This document shows positions 49,962 through 63,159 of a DNA stretch of 64,000 nucleotides, piece by piece. The position numbers were made by a program, and so were the translations under genes. Source of the stretch: Felis catus (lineage: Eukaryota); assembly GCF_018350175.1 (NCBI RefSeq), contig NC_058385.1:60016001-60080000 (forward strand). Reading direction: 5' to 3'. Numbering within the stretch: the first letter of the stretch is position 1; the number at the start of each line of letters is the position of its first letter. Under the pieces are notes generated by a model. The model ran no database searches, had not been told where the DNA came from, and was given only the letters and a program-made list of their open reading frames with translations.

Positions 49962-52259
49962 ACAAACCAGGTGAAAGAGAAAGGAGTTTGGGTGGAGAAA
50001 TGAATAGGGAAAAATGACAAAAAAGAGCCAAAGGAAATCTCGGCAGGAAGTTTCCCCGGGACCACTACGTTATAAGACAATATATATTTAAGAAATCATA
50101 TATACACTATGGAAAGTTTCCCACTAAAAAAGTTATTATTCCTGAATCCTCAACATAGAAAAATGAAGTGATCTTAAACCCTGGCTGGAGTTTTTCCAGG
50201 TGTGTGAATCTATACGGTTTCACTGAAAAGGGAGTAGCTCTTTGTGAAAAATTTAAGTCGCTATGATTTGAGGCAGGAAGTAGAATAGGAAGAATGGTTT
50301 GCCCAGAATTTCTATTCAAATCTTGTGGTTTTCGGGATAGAAGTTTGTTCAGTCTTGGTAAAAAAAGAACTTCTCATTTCAAAGAAGAAAAATTTATAAA
50401 CTCTTCAGAACATTTCTTCATCAAATAATTCCTTTAAAATGTTAATTTATAAGTTGGAGCTAGTTTTCATTCAGATTCACAGAGATTTAAAAATTTTTAA
50501 GGGGGAAATCATACTGGCAAATTAAATTAGACATTTCTCTCACATAAAATGCTTAAAAGATACTCCACATTTCATATGAACCAGTATATAATTTGAATTA
50601 TCTTTTCCTACTGGAGCATATTGGTAGGCAAAGGAGGAATTTTCAGTATGCAAACTGAAACAATTGTTTTCATTAACGGTGAAATTAAATTCATTAAAGA
50701 AAAGGCAGGAAAATATGGAAAGTAGAAAAAATCTTCCCTATCATGTAAACACAACTGCTGTTCACACTTTGATGGGGATCCCCTTCTTCTCCCCAGGAAT
50801 TCGTTCTTCTAAATATCTTTTAGTTGTAACTATACTGCTTGCACAGGTTAATAATGATAATAATGATACCCATAAGTTATTAGCATCCAAGATGAACCAG
50901 ATACATTATTGACTTTACATTTAATCCTTAAATTAGCCATCCAAAGTAGGAAGAGGAAGAAACCTAACTTCGAACTTGCCCTAGATGACAAAGTAAGTGG
51001 CAGAGCTGACCTTGAACTCAGTTTCCTTGTTCTATGCTTATTCCACCTCACTACAGCTGGCTGTTGCATCTGAAAATATTTAAGTTTCAATATGGGAAAC
51101 AAATGACATTGTATCCTCAAGTATTCACCACTCTTAGTAAGTACAGATTTCCCAAAGCTGAGTTGCAACACAAAATGGCACATGATAGGGCTGTGACGGG
51201 CAGTACACATTTGTGACAGTTTAAATTAAAAATCCAAGTTAGCTTTTTTGTTGTTGTTTTTTTTGTTTTTTGTTTGTTTGTTTGTTTTTTGTTTGTATTT
51301 GCTAACAAAAAGCAGTCTGCCTCTGGCCGAGATATGCCCAGCAGTGAAAACAGACATTATTTACTCTGGAAACTACATTTACTGCTAACACTTTATCTTA
51401 CCTATTGTTACGATTTTAATTTTGATGGAGTTGTAAGGTCCCATCATAGTATTCCCTTGTGCTGTGTTCTTGAATGTTAATTATATGAAAGTAGAACAAT
51501 TTTCCTACACAAAGGGAAGGGATGGACAAAGAGAGGCTGTCTGACAGCCTCAATTATTCAGTTTCTCTATGATACATAGGACACTATTTGAACCTGTAGC
51601 AATTTGCTGGCATGAGGAGTATCAAAAACATATTCAGTGGATGAGAGGAAGAATAGCAATTCCTTCTATTAGATTGGCAATTGACCATCTGCTTCAGAGG
51701 GTAGTGCTTAACCTGTAGGCAATCATGGTAAAATAGTCTGATGACGTGTGTCTGACTTTTTATTTTTTCCTGGGTGGGGGTGGGGTGGGATGAAGGTGGT
51801 TACGAGCGCAGGCCTGCAGTTGCCTACATCCTAGTAGACTCATGGGCACATTCAGTACAGTTTTGACATTTCACCCAAGACCAACCAGGAAAAAGATACT
51901 ATGTTCAATATTCAGTTAAGTAAAATCAAATTTAAGCTCTGTCCCTAATAAATCCTTACTTAGCAAGATAAGTTCCAGCGTCAGATGAAATCAGTAGTTT
52001 GTCACTAGTGTTCTTCCACTCCTCCAAGACTGTTAATGCCAAAGGATTTATTTTGAAATTTTAATTTATGTATTGTTTCAGGATTTTTGGAAGTTATTCA
52101 GTGCTTTTATTAGATATAGTAAAATCCTATGCACTTTTGTAAGAGAAGTATGCTTTTGTCAATTTGACTTCTATCTTTTATATAGCCCAACATGAGGAAA
52201 CGTAACATTACTGGATAATAAATTTCTAGGTGGCTACAGATGAGGGAGTAAGTTCGCTA

Positions 52260-52483
52260 TTTTTTTTTTAATTTTTTTTTAACGTTTATTTATTTTTGAG
52301 ACAGAGAGAGACAGAGCATGAACAGGGGAGGGGCAGAGAGAGAGGGAGACACAGAATCCGAAACAGGCTCCAGGCTCCGAGCTGTCAGCACAGAGCCTGA
52401 CGCGGGGCTCGAACTCACGGACCGTGAGATCATGACCTGAGCCGAAGTCAGACGCTTAACTGACCAAGCCACGCAGGCGCCCC
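52260..52483 (-). mobile_element. Young CAN-SINE (SINEC_Fc)
   Basis: Many CpGs retained; TSD TAAGTTCGCTATTTT / TAAGTTTGCTATTTT. Confidence 0.97.
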
Positions 52484-52909
52484 TAAGTTTGCTATTTTAA
52501 AACAGTAAATGATCAAGGAGTAATTTCTTTGCGTTTGCAAGGTTTTTTTGTTTTGTTTTGTTTTCAGTAGTGGGAATTTGTTTTTTTGACCAACCTGAAA
52601 GTTTGTTTTTGTTTTGTTATGTTTTTGTTTTTGTTTTACCGGCAAATAAATATTTGGAGAAAAAAGAAAGCTAGGGCAAAATTTCCACGCTGGTATTACA
52701 CAGACCTGGGCAGTAACTTACAATGTCGGTAATACTTAGTGCTCGGAATTATAGTAGCTCCTCCTTGGGCTTGGGTATTTCAAAACTCAGAAGAGTAGGG
52801 ACTTTTAGAGGTGTTGACTTATTCTATCTTTTCTCCCACTACCACCGCCAAGTGTTACCACCAGCACAAATGCCATAATGACTGTTTTACAAAGTATTCA
52901 TTAATTATC

Positions 52910-53800
52910 ATTTACTCACTCATTTAGCAAATATTTTTGGGCAACTTACTCTGTGCCAGATACTGTTCTAGGTTCTTGGGGAAGCAACAGTGAATGAAAA
53001 GAAAACAAAAGAAAAGAAAACAAAAAACAATTCAAAATATGAAAAAAAAAATTCCCTGGTGTTGTGGACCTTTACATGATAGTGAGGCAAACAGGCTACT
53101 AAATAGATAATTAATACTCATAGAGCATAGTAAATATGATAAATGCGAAGCAGAAAAAAGTCAATCAGAAAAGGGGACAGAAAATACTGAGAAGGGTGGG
53201 TGCTGGAATTTTAGGTACAGTGACATTAAAGACCCCAAGGGAAGAGAGGAAGGAGTAATGTGGCTATCAAAGGGGGAAACAATCTTAACCTGTACTGTCC
53301 GAATACAGTGGCTGCTAACCTTGTGTGAATACCATCTTGAACAGGACAGACATGGGGCATTTTCATCACTGAAGAAAGTTCTAGTGGACAGTGCTACTCC
53401 CAACAGAAGGAACAGCCAATTCAAAGGCTCAGAAGAAGAGAGAAACAAAAGAAGCAAGGAGGCCAATGAAGGTGTAGCTGATTTATCAGTGGAGGAGGGA
53501 AATAAGAGACTTGGTCATTGAGATAATGAGGGGTTAGGGTGTGCAGAGCCTCTCACTGGTCCTGCATGGACTTTAAGATATTACTCTGAGCAACATGGGC
53601 AGCCTTTGGAACATGTTGAATGGAAGAGTGGCATGATCTGAGCTGTGTTATGTCAGGGTCACTATGGCTGCTGTTTTGAGAATTAAGTAAGAGAGGCCAG
53701 GAACTCAAGTTAGGAGACCATTACGATTATCCAGGAAGAGATGAGAATGGTTTGGAGCAGAGGGTAGTTGTGACAAGTGGTAGATCCTAGATCTATCTTG
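52910..53800 (-). mobile_element. L2a-like 3' region
   Basis: cattta gcaaatatttttgggcaacttactctgtgccagatactgttctagg...agtggcatgatctga. Confidence 0.85.
53290..53396 (-). mobile_element. Internally deleted MER3-like hAT MITE inside L2
   Basis: Minus strand AGCACTGTCCACTAGAACTTTCT...GATGAAAATG...GGACAGTACA; both termini kept. Confidence 0.7.
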
Positions 53801-53819
53801 GAGTAAGATAGAGGCATGA

Positions 53820-53955
53820 AAACCACCTGGGGAGCACTTATTGGATGATAATGTAGATTCTAGACCTCCCGCTCCCAGAAATCATGATTTGGTTGAACTG
53901 TTATGGGACATATGGATCTCTGTGTATTGGTTCTTCCATGTGGTTTCGGATGCTG
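53820..53955. mobile_element. MER5-like hAT MITE fragment
   Basis: cacctggggagc...atgtagattctagacc...cccagaaatc. Confidence 0.55.
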
Positions 53956-54529
53956 GTGTCCCATCTTGTTCCCAACATATACCTGCCCTGCATCCCATGA
54001 AACTTTTGAAACAAACTTCGAAAAATTTGAAATACATGAGTTTGGACTCATTTAAAATTAACATTATAACTGATGCACACTAAGTTCTGATAAGACAAGC
54101 ATTTAGGGAACTAAAACCCTTTAATATTATTGTGAAGCATGGGATACTTGGTAAGATCTTTGTTTTTGTTTTTGTTTTTGTTTTTTGATACATGTGTGTA
54201 CATTGTGCAGAATTTAGCTTAAAAAGCACATAGCTGATGCTTAAGCCAAAGCAAGATGCCACTTCCACTTTTTTTTTTCAACATGGCAGCTATAATTTGG
54301 CAAACACAGATTATGGATTTCTCTTCTGAAAGTTCTTATTTCTCCATATGAGGTAAACCACCACCCCCAAGATCTATTTTCTCTTTTTCATGAAGAGTAC
54401 TACCTACAACTCTCCATGATATGAATTTCATATTCAGCATCAACAAGTATTTCTAAAACTTTATGAATGATGAACAAATATTCACTTTGTAAATACTGAG
54501 ATTAAAACAAATGTATTCTTAAAAAGAAA

Positions 54530-54733
54530 CTTTTTAACGTTTATTTTTGAGAGAGAGAGACAGAGCGTGAGCAGGGGAGGGGCAGCAGAGAGAGGGAGAC
54601 ACAAAATCTGAAGCAGGCTCCAGGATCTGAGCTGGCAGCACAGAGCCCGGAGTGGGGCTTGAATCCACGAACAGGGAGATCATGACCTGAGCTCAAGTCA
54701 GACGCCTAACCAACTGAGCCACCCAGGCGCCCC
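54530..54733 (-). mobile_element. CAN-SINE (SINEC_Fc)
   Basis: Full length; head CTGAGCCACCCAGGCGCCCC. Confidence 0.95.
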
Positions 54734-57289
54734 AAAGCAAACATATTTTAATGTGTCATTTTTTCAGATACAAATAAGTTCAGATGAGGATTTTCTTTTC
54801 CATTTTTTGTTTTCCCTTCATTGCCTTAGAAGGTAAAATGGGATTCGAATAAAGGAGGCAATTGAAGGAAATGCATTTAAGAGAAGGAATAAGGAAAGAT
54901 CAATCAAGCTGAAGTAAGTAGTTATAATTTGCCTACAATCTGGCATAACTGTACTTATGATACAACTATGAGAAAAAATGCTTTAAGTATAATTTTCACA
55001 TACAGCAAGCAGCAAACGAAAAGAAAAAAATTAACCTGATATTGCCTTTAGGATTATCCACATGTAGGTGGAAGACTACGTGGGCACAAAGTATAGGAAA
55101 GTGAAAAAGATACTATGGATAGTTAGAGGGGTGAAAATTAAAGATGGCTGAAATTTCCTTCTCAGTGAAATTTCTCTGAAGGTTTATTCTTAGTGATTCG
55201 TTCTTTTTTTCAAACAACACTTTATACCGCAGGGAGAATAAACTCATTAAGTCACAATGATTTCAATATGAATTAACTTATCAGATCACTTTTCCTCCTG
55301 GCAGAAAATCCTGGGAAGGCTTTAAAGTATTTGATATCAGAAGTCTGAAGAGAAAGGCATGGGAACAAAGACAATAAATACATTTTACTATTTTTTTAGG
55401 TGCCAATTTGGAGAGTTGTAAGAGTCTGCATAGAAATAATTTCTGGAAACCCAGGTTGCTTAGTGGCATTTTTTGAAACACAGACAAGTGGAATTTACTG
55501 TTCCGCCAATCCCTGTATCTTTCCTTTGACTTGACCCACAAGGCAGTAAGTAGCTAAGAGCATGGTGATCATTCACAGAGCCAATGGCACTGAGAGATGG
55601 CAATGAGAAAATGCTTTCTATTCTATCCATCCTGGCATATTTGGCCAGATAATTTTATAGCAAGAATGTGGATGGCAGAGAGACTTGAAAGAGGCAAAGA
55701 AATGTAGAGTGTGAGGGCGGGGAAGACTGGAGAATCCATCCTTCTAATTTTTGGTCCCATAGCTCCCCTAATACTACCCTTTGAATCAGTCATCATTAAT
55801 TTCCATCCTGTCTGCCTATCTGTAATATTCATTCCCTTTCCAATATTTGTTCCCATTAAGAAGTCTTTAAGAGCTGGCTCATGGAAAAATATTTGAGGGC
55901 TTTACTGTATTTCTGAGTGATGGAAAGCATTCCTTTCACATATATATAAGTAATATGAGAACAGGTCTTGGGTGGGACTTTGTATAGGAAGCCATGCAAA
56001 TAGTAAAAAAAAAAAAAAAAAAAAGAGTGTTTCCCCAGAGGTGAAATGGTAGTCATATTGCTGTGGTAGCAAAAATAAATTTAACATACCAAATAGGAGT
56101 TTTCCCCATCTTAGCAAAAAGGTTTGGGTGTGTATATGAGCTATAAAATACCCTATCTTGTGTCTTAGACTAAATTATTTGTCATGAAATGGCTTGTCTC
56201 ATAGATTTTGAACTTTCAAAAGTAAAGATAATTTTAGTGCTTGGAATAAAAAAAAATATTGGAATGTTTAAAGCATCCTGTATATGATCCAAGAAAACTA
56301 TATATCCTAAGTATTTCTCTATAAAGACATTCCACAAAAACTTTGTTACACCATAGTGAAAACAGAATGAAACATTCCATTCCAGGTGATTCAAGGTCAA
56401 CGTAACACTAGGTAAAATTTGGGGGCACGTACTCTTTGGAGCACTTCATGTGCATTATGTCATTTAATAATCGTCTCAACTTTATGAAGTACGATTGAAC
56501 CCATTTTTCTACTGAGGAAACTGTAAGAAAACAAGGAAATATTGTAGTCCTGATAATAGGATTAATTTGCCTTGTAGCTTGGCCTCCTGGAGAGGGTTGA
56601 TGAAGGGCAATCAAAAACATTATTACAAATCTACTCTGGTAGCAGTCTGAGCGTCCAGGGGCTCCACCAGTTCTGGCATCGATACAACTGGGCACACATT
56701 TGACCATTTGAGTTGAGTTGCTCTCCTGGGCTCTGGATGATACCACCCACTCCCCACAGATTCCCATCCTCTCCAGTCCCCTGATGCCGCTCTTGTTATA
56801 AATGTTTTCTCCTGGAAGCCTCATGGCAGACCACCTTGCTTTGCTTCTTTGCCTCTGGAATTCTTCATTTGTTTTTAACAGATTCTACTGTATCTCCCCA
56901 ATGTTGGCAGGGGACTCTTTCCTTTGCCCTAAACTGGTTTTCTCCTGAAAATACTGTCCCTGTGGCTTGTGTAGTTGAGGCTCCACTGTCTACAGAACCC
57001 TAGGGGTCAAATGTGTGGTTCGCACTGTCCTGGGTCCACCAGGAGGGCTTATCCACCTCCCTCTGAGGCTTATGTCACCGTCTCTACTCCACCTCCTGTC
57101 CTCCTCTCTACTGTCAGCTAACACACTTCTGGTCATTCCCCTATAAATCCATCATTCTGAAACTGACATACATAAAGTTTCTTTTCAAAGTACATTTACT
57201 GACGGTAAAGAAAAGGATACATTTAAAGAATGTATTTATAGAGATACAGAGCTGTGACAAAAATCATGGAGTCTGAGACACCCAGACAT

Positions 57290-57795
57290 ATAATCAAAAA
57301 TCTAAGCTCTTTAATAAGCGTTCAAGAGTCTACATCACCTGGTCCGTGCCTACTCGCCTCTAAAACATCGCCCTTCACCACTCCATTCCTCATTCTTTAT
57401 AGCTTAGCTGTGCAGAGCTCCGTGTGGTTAAGAGAGCATTCCGGGCTCTTTCTTACCCCACTTCAAACCGTATTCATGATGTCCCTTTGCCATTCGAATC
57501 CCAGACCAATTTATTTTAGGCTAACTCCTAGTCTTAAGACTCAGTTCAATGGTTATTTTTTACAAGACCCTTGACCCCATCAGGTTAGTGGTGGTGGTGG
57601 GAAGAGAAATTTAACTCTGTAGCCAGCTCTGTCATGTCGCGGTTTTTACAAGCATCTATTACATGCCTGTCTCCCCCACTGCTCTGTGGGTTTCTTAAGG
57701 GGATGAACTATGGTGCAATGGTCTCTCTCCCTGAAGCACATAGTGGGACGCAGAGCGGAGTGAGCACTCGGTGAATGCTCATGGAATGAATGGAT
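57290..57795 (+). mobile_element. L2 3' fragment
   Basis: cttaagactcagttcaa...tgtctcccccact...gaatgaatgg tail. Confidence 0.6.
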
Positions 57796-59506
57796 ACCAC
57801 CAACGTCTCTAGGGGCAAAGACTCACTTAAAATATCTTCCCTGTCATTATTGCCTGAAAGTTCCTTCATTGTTAGCACAAGGTCCTAAATGTGATTTCAG
57901 AGTTGTAATTTTGCATTTCAGAGACAGAAGTGATGCTGTGATTTATTTTTCCAGAGTCAAGACTGCCTTTTACATTTAGGGCTGGGCTGGGTGAGCACAT
58001 ACTTGGAAGTTTTGTTTGCACATTCAATGACATTTCTAAGTGCCCCATTCAAAAAAAATCAAATGCTTTTCAAATCCCAAGCTCTTTCATTTTAAATAAC
58101 ATTCATGGTGGGTGTCCCCTGAGTAAAATAAATGTAAAATCAGTATGTATCAGAGGGAACATTTAAACATTTTAATTGAACTGCTAAGCTAATCAGCTCC
58201 ATCATCTGATATATGCCCTCTCCATTCTCATTTCCTGAAGCAAAGAGCGAGAAGTGTGCCTTGTTCCAAGATGTGCATTATGTGAGTGCCGCTTAATCAG
58301 CACATATAGGTTTTTATCTTCCAATATACTTTCCTTCCTTCTCTTGACTCCACTTGGCCTTTATTCTCCCCATAATTTCTAGAATCTTTGTTAGGCTCCT
58401 ACTGAGAACTCCAAACATAAAGGGGATATGTTTGGCCTTAAATAAGAAAAGTTCTGTGATCTCAGAGGCATTTGCCATATGGACTCTTACAGAGGCAGAC
58501 ACTGGAATGCTTTCTTAGAAGACTCCGGAATGTTTCCAGAGACGCAGGCATGCAAATTAAAACCCCGGCAAGGGCAGCGCTGATTTACTGTATGCATTTG
58601 CCAGAGGCCTTACCAGAATATTTTGCAGTATGAATTGTAAACTTTTTTAATAGCAAGAACAAGGAAGACATTATGAGCCTTGTTATATAGACAAGAAAGG
58701 GTTGGGGGAGGTAAATGGATATGCTTTTAATGTATGCTAATATATGTTCGGTATGCCTCCTTTCATTAATTTTACGGTAAAATTTGGTTACCAAACTAAG
58801 TGAAGAGAAAAAGGTTTTCAAGAAAAGAAGAGCATAATTTCAATGAAGAGGAGAAAATGATATTTTTTTGGAGGCCACAGCTCTGTAGAAGGCTATAATT
58901 GGCACAATCAGTGTAAAGAGACTAGTCACGCGGTCTGCTCACTTTGCATCTTTGGAGATCTGAGCGTTTGCTGTGTTTTCAATAGGCGCTAAAATGGTGG
59001 CATGGCATCACTGGAGTGCCAGAAGGCAGCACTGGCATTTCTACTGGGAGACGGTCTGCAGAAAGAGGCCAAGAGACCAGCAAAGAACCTAGAGAAGTTC
59101 AAGCAGGTGCTGCAGCTTCCATGTAACTTAGATTTCCAAAGCTACAAGTCTCAGGGAAGTTAATGAATTGTGGTTTTACAGGAGAGTATACATATAAATC
59201 ATCACCTGGAGGTTCTGAGAATAAACACAAACAGCGAGATGGTTACCAAGGACTTCTTCCCTGCTATCCTTCATGCTACCTCCCAACTCCTCCTAAATGT
59301 TAATTCTTTATACCCAGAGCCATCATCTAAATAATTGTTTTCAAAGAGCTATTTGAAGTGATAGATAAGATTTTGCTTATTGCAAGAACCTGAATAGGCT
59401 ATCCATAAAATAACTCCCCAGTAATATTTGCTGACTGGCAACAATTTAGAGAGAGTACACAAATGGGCATTTGAAAGTTGTTATAAACAACTATGTTTAA
59501 AAAAAA

Positions 59507-59710
59507 TTTTGTTTAACATTTGTTTAGTTTTGAGAGACAGAGACAGACCATGAGCAGGGGAGGGGCAGAGAGGGAGACATAGAATCCGAAGCAGGCTTCA
59601 GGCTCTGAGCTGACAGTGCAGAGCCCGATGTGGAGCCCGAACCCGAGAACTGTGAGATGATGACTTGAGCTGAAGTTGGAGGTGTAACCAACTGGGCCAC
59701 CCAGGCCCCC
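59507..59710 (-). mobile_element. CAN-SINE (SINEC_Fc)
   Basis: Diverged full-length copy; degenerate TSD TAAACAACTA / TACACAACTG. Confidence 0.93.
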
Positions 59711-60467
59711 TACACAACTGTCTTTTAAAGTATCCGGTGAGTTGGGGAATCTGTGGGTAGATCCCAGTTTTAAAATCAGAAAGAGAACATTTGCAGAGTT
59801 CTTGGAAACAATGCTTTCATTACTTGATATTCTGAACTTGATTTCTTTAATTAAACAATTAGTGCGGCAGAAAAAAATGCCCAGCAAAATTTTAAATGTG
59901 TCATAAAAGTGTTTAGTAATATTCAAAATTTGCTGAAGTAGATCTCGTCAATATCCTGAAGGGTATCATAAAATTATTAATTTGGCTTTTGTTTGAGAAA
60001 AATCAGAGCTTTTAAAGCTAGTTTTTCACTTTAATTTTCTGAGCAGAAAAAATGTGTGATTAATTAGTAAACAAAACTTCAAGAATAGAATGGATCAGAA
60101 ACTATTTTTCAAAAAAAAAATTAATAATTCCAAAGTAAGAAGTGCACATTTCCCCCCAAAATGTACAGACAACAAAATAAAAAAAAAATATTTTCCATGC
60201 ATTGACAGTTGCCAACCAGGTTGACATATCATTTGTAAAACGCTGCATCAGAGTTACAAGTGTGAATATAGCCTTAAGGAACAAGGACCAACTCTTAATG
60301 CCAGAAATACTGATTATTAGTAGTCTCTTTTTAATACTTAGAATCGTCTTCCTGCAAAATTTGTTCAGAATATTCTATTCTGTTACTGCAGGCAATAATG
60401 CATTTTTTTCTAACACCTGTCAATTCTTCTATTTCCTAAATCTCCATTATGCATTAATTCTCTGCTT

Positions 60468-60623
60468 NNNNNNNNNNNNNNNNNNNNNNNNNNNNNNNNN
60501 NNNNNNNNNNNNNNNNNNNNNNNNNNNNNNNNNNNNNNNNNNNNNNNNNNNNNNNNNNNNNNNNNNNNNNNNNNNNNNNNNNNNNNNNNNNNNNNNNNNN
60601 NNNNNNNNNNNNNNNNNNNNNNN
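60468..60623. other. Assembly gap
   Basis: N run. Confidence 1.
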
Positions 60624-60769
60624 GCAGCTGGTGAGCAGCATAGCACACTGGCCTGGAAATCACTCTTTCTGCAGCTAATTTGAGTTTACAAACATTGAAT
60701 AGGGAATATCATATGTTGTCAACTAGATTCCCCGGGATTTACACATGTGGCAAAACTACTTGTCTGTAT

Positions 60770-60801
60770 AAAACAAAACAAAACAAAACAAAACAAAACA
60801 A
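60770..60801 (+). repeat. (AAAAC)n microsatellite
   Basis: Read directly. Confidence 0.95.
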
Positions 60802-61288
60802 GTATTCACGTGTACTTGGAATAAGAACCTTACAAAATTTAGCTACGTAGGTGGTGGTAAATTCTGGTTGCCACGATCTCCCTAGAGTAATGTCAGTGAT
60901 TTTATGCACAATTGTTTGACAATAGACAGTGGAACAAGTTACTACACCGGTGAAGCAACTCAAATTATACAGATTGAAACAAAGAGGTTCTTTACCTTAA
61001 ATAAAATGATCACTAGGAGTCCTGAAACAGGATGGGGGAAAAAATTCCATCTCTATCAAAAATTGTTTCCAAAAATGATGCCATTGTTTTGTTACAGGTA
61101 AGTCTACAAAAGTCAGAGAACTGACACAATAGTTTTAATAATTAATGCCTTTAATTCGGACTTGTCTGTCACAGAGTGGTAGTCTGCCCATCATCAGCCC
61201 AGATACCCAATAAATGCTGAAAGCAGTAGGGGGAGCAAATTAAAATGAATCTACTTCTTAGTGTGTGCCAACAACTAAATAATCTCCT

Positions 61289-61296
61289 AAAAGAAA

Positions 61297-61344
<48 letters not shown>

Positions 61345-61370
61345 AAAAGAAAGAAAGAAAGAAAGAAAAG
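61289..61370 (+). repeat. (GAAA)n microsatellite
   Basis: Read directly; one interruption. Confidence 0.97.
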
Positions 61371-62609
61371 CATTTCAAGTCTAAGGACAGGAAACAGTGC
61401 CGGTTGGTGAATATTTCCACTTTGAGTTATATTTATGTCATAAAATATTTTATTTGCCACAGTGCAAATTGTCAGCAATCTTTCCCTTATATCTGCTTCA
61501 CCCTGAAAGCCACAATGGCACGGTTTACCTGCTACATGGCCTTGTGATGCTAACAGTTGCAAAGTAAGCTAAGCAAAATAGAAGACAGAAGCAATGACAA
61601 ACTTTAAAACAGCTAACTCATCTCTGAAAGAATGGGGGGATGCGGGTGGAAAGTAGAACAATCTAAGGACAAAAGAATAAAACTTGCACCTAAAACTATT
61701 TTGGAAAAACAGATTCTTCAGGAGAAAAAAAAATTGAAGTCTGCAGAATACACCCGAGAACCTGTGACAGCAAAATCTCTTAGACTGTGACATCAGGATT
61801 CTTAGCAGAGTTGTGGCTGCTGAGGTCGTTGAACAGAAAGCTCAGCCTGCCTGAATGCAGCCAGCATCCACCAGTGTGTAAGGAACTGGCTTAGGATATG
61901 CTGTTACTCAAAGTGGGTCTGTTCTGTTGTGAAAGGCAAAATACTTTCTTAATACTTATTTCAGATACTAAGACATGGTAGGCATGTTAACCCTTGATGT
62001 GCTGGACAAAGTCCCGTCTGGAGACTGTATGTTAAAAGCTATAGAAAAATCTGGAACTCCATTTCATGTAAGAAAGCATATGGCTTGAAACTAAATATAG
62101 TTTAAACATATGAAGCATATTAAATTAATTATTATAATTTAAGTGATTTGAAAAATGTCTTCAGTTTTTATGGCATATGCTTCTAATGATTCACATTACC
62201 TGTAGGTACTTCAAAAGCATGGGGATTCAGATTCTCTTTAGTAATTAGGGGGTCAAATGATATGCTGGCTATATTAGAGAAAAGAACCCTGGGAACGTGG
62301 GCCATGTACCAAAATAATAACCTTCAAGACAGATGGGAACCAAGCCTCAAAATGTTCTGCAACTGTACCATTTTGAACACTGCACTTTAATGCTATGAGG
62401 AAATAGAAGAGCTGTATCTAAAGAGTTTGATACAATATTTGTAACTGAAGTTAAACAAAATGTCCATTTTGCCCAAGAGTTGCCCCTATCTTTAGCTAAA
62501 AGCCCTCTTTTTTACCTCCTAGATTGTTCTTTGTCAGATGTGTTTTCATACACTACTACACATGAAAGTCCTAATCTCAACCAGGTTGGCTGGCTGACTT
62601 ACTTTCTTC

Positions 62610-63090
62610 TTCATTCACTCATTCATTCATTCATTCATTTGTTGATTCATTCAATAATTCCACAAATATTTACTGAGCACCCAGAATATATGTTTTAAGC
62701 ACTGCTTTAGGTACTAAGGAGATGTGGTAAAGAAAAGAAATGAGGTTATTGCCCTCTTGTTTTTTTAATTCCCATTGGCAATCAGACACTTAAAAAAAAA
62801 AGAGAAATTAAGTAACTCCAAATATGGAAAGAAAATCCAGAAAAGAAAACTGATAGAGAGAATGGTAGGAAAGATGTAAGCCTGTTTCATTTGGGGCATT
62901 TGCAGAAGCCACGCTAAGCAGATGACATTTCATTGAGACATCACTGGTGAAAAGGCAGTGATGGGCCTTCAACTGGAAATGACCTTTGCAAGAAAGAACA
63001 AGAAAATATGGTGGCTGGGGCACATGGGGAGAAAGGAGAAGAAATGAAGTTGAGTGTTGGGTAGAAGTGAGATCATGTAGAGCCATAGCA
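62610..63090 (-). mobile_element. L2 3' region
   Basis: (TTCA)n tail, aaatatttactgagcacc, agatcatgtagagcc. Confidence 0.75.
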
Positions 63091-63159
63091 GTGGGGAGTC
63101 TGTGTTTTATTCAACCTAAAATAACAGCAATAACCATAATAATGCTAATGGCAAGAGGG

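Noticed and set aside
9146-58557. Nine octamer (ATGCAAAT) matches noticed across the window
   Set aside because: Several are expected by chance in 64 kb of AT-rich DNA; they are scattered, so no window-wide system is supported
61280-61370. Strong minus-strand acceptor at the end of (TTTC)n
   Set aside because: Pyrimidine tract comes from the microsatellite and no convincing donor follows
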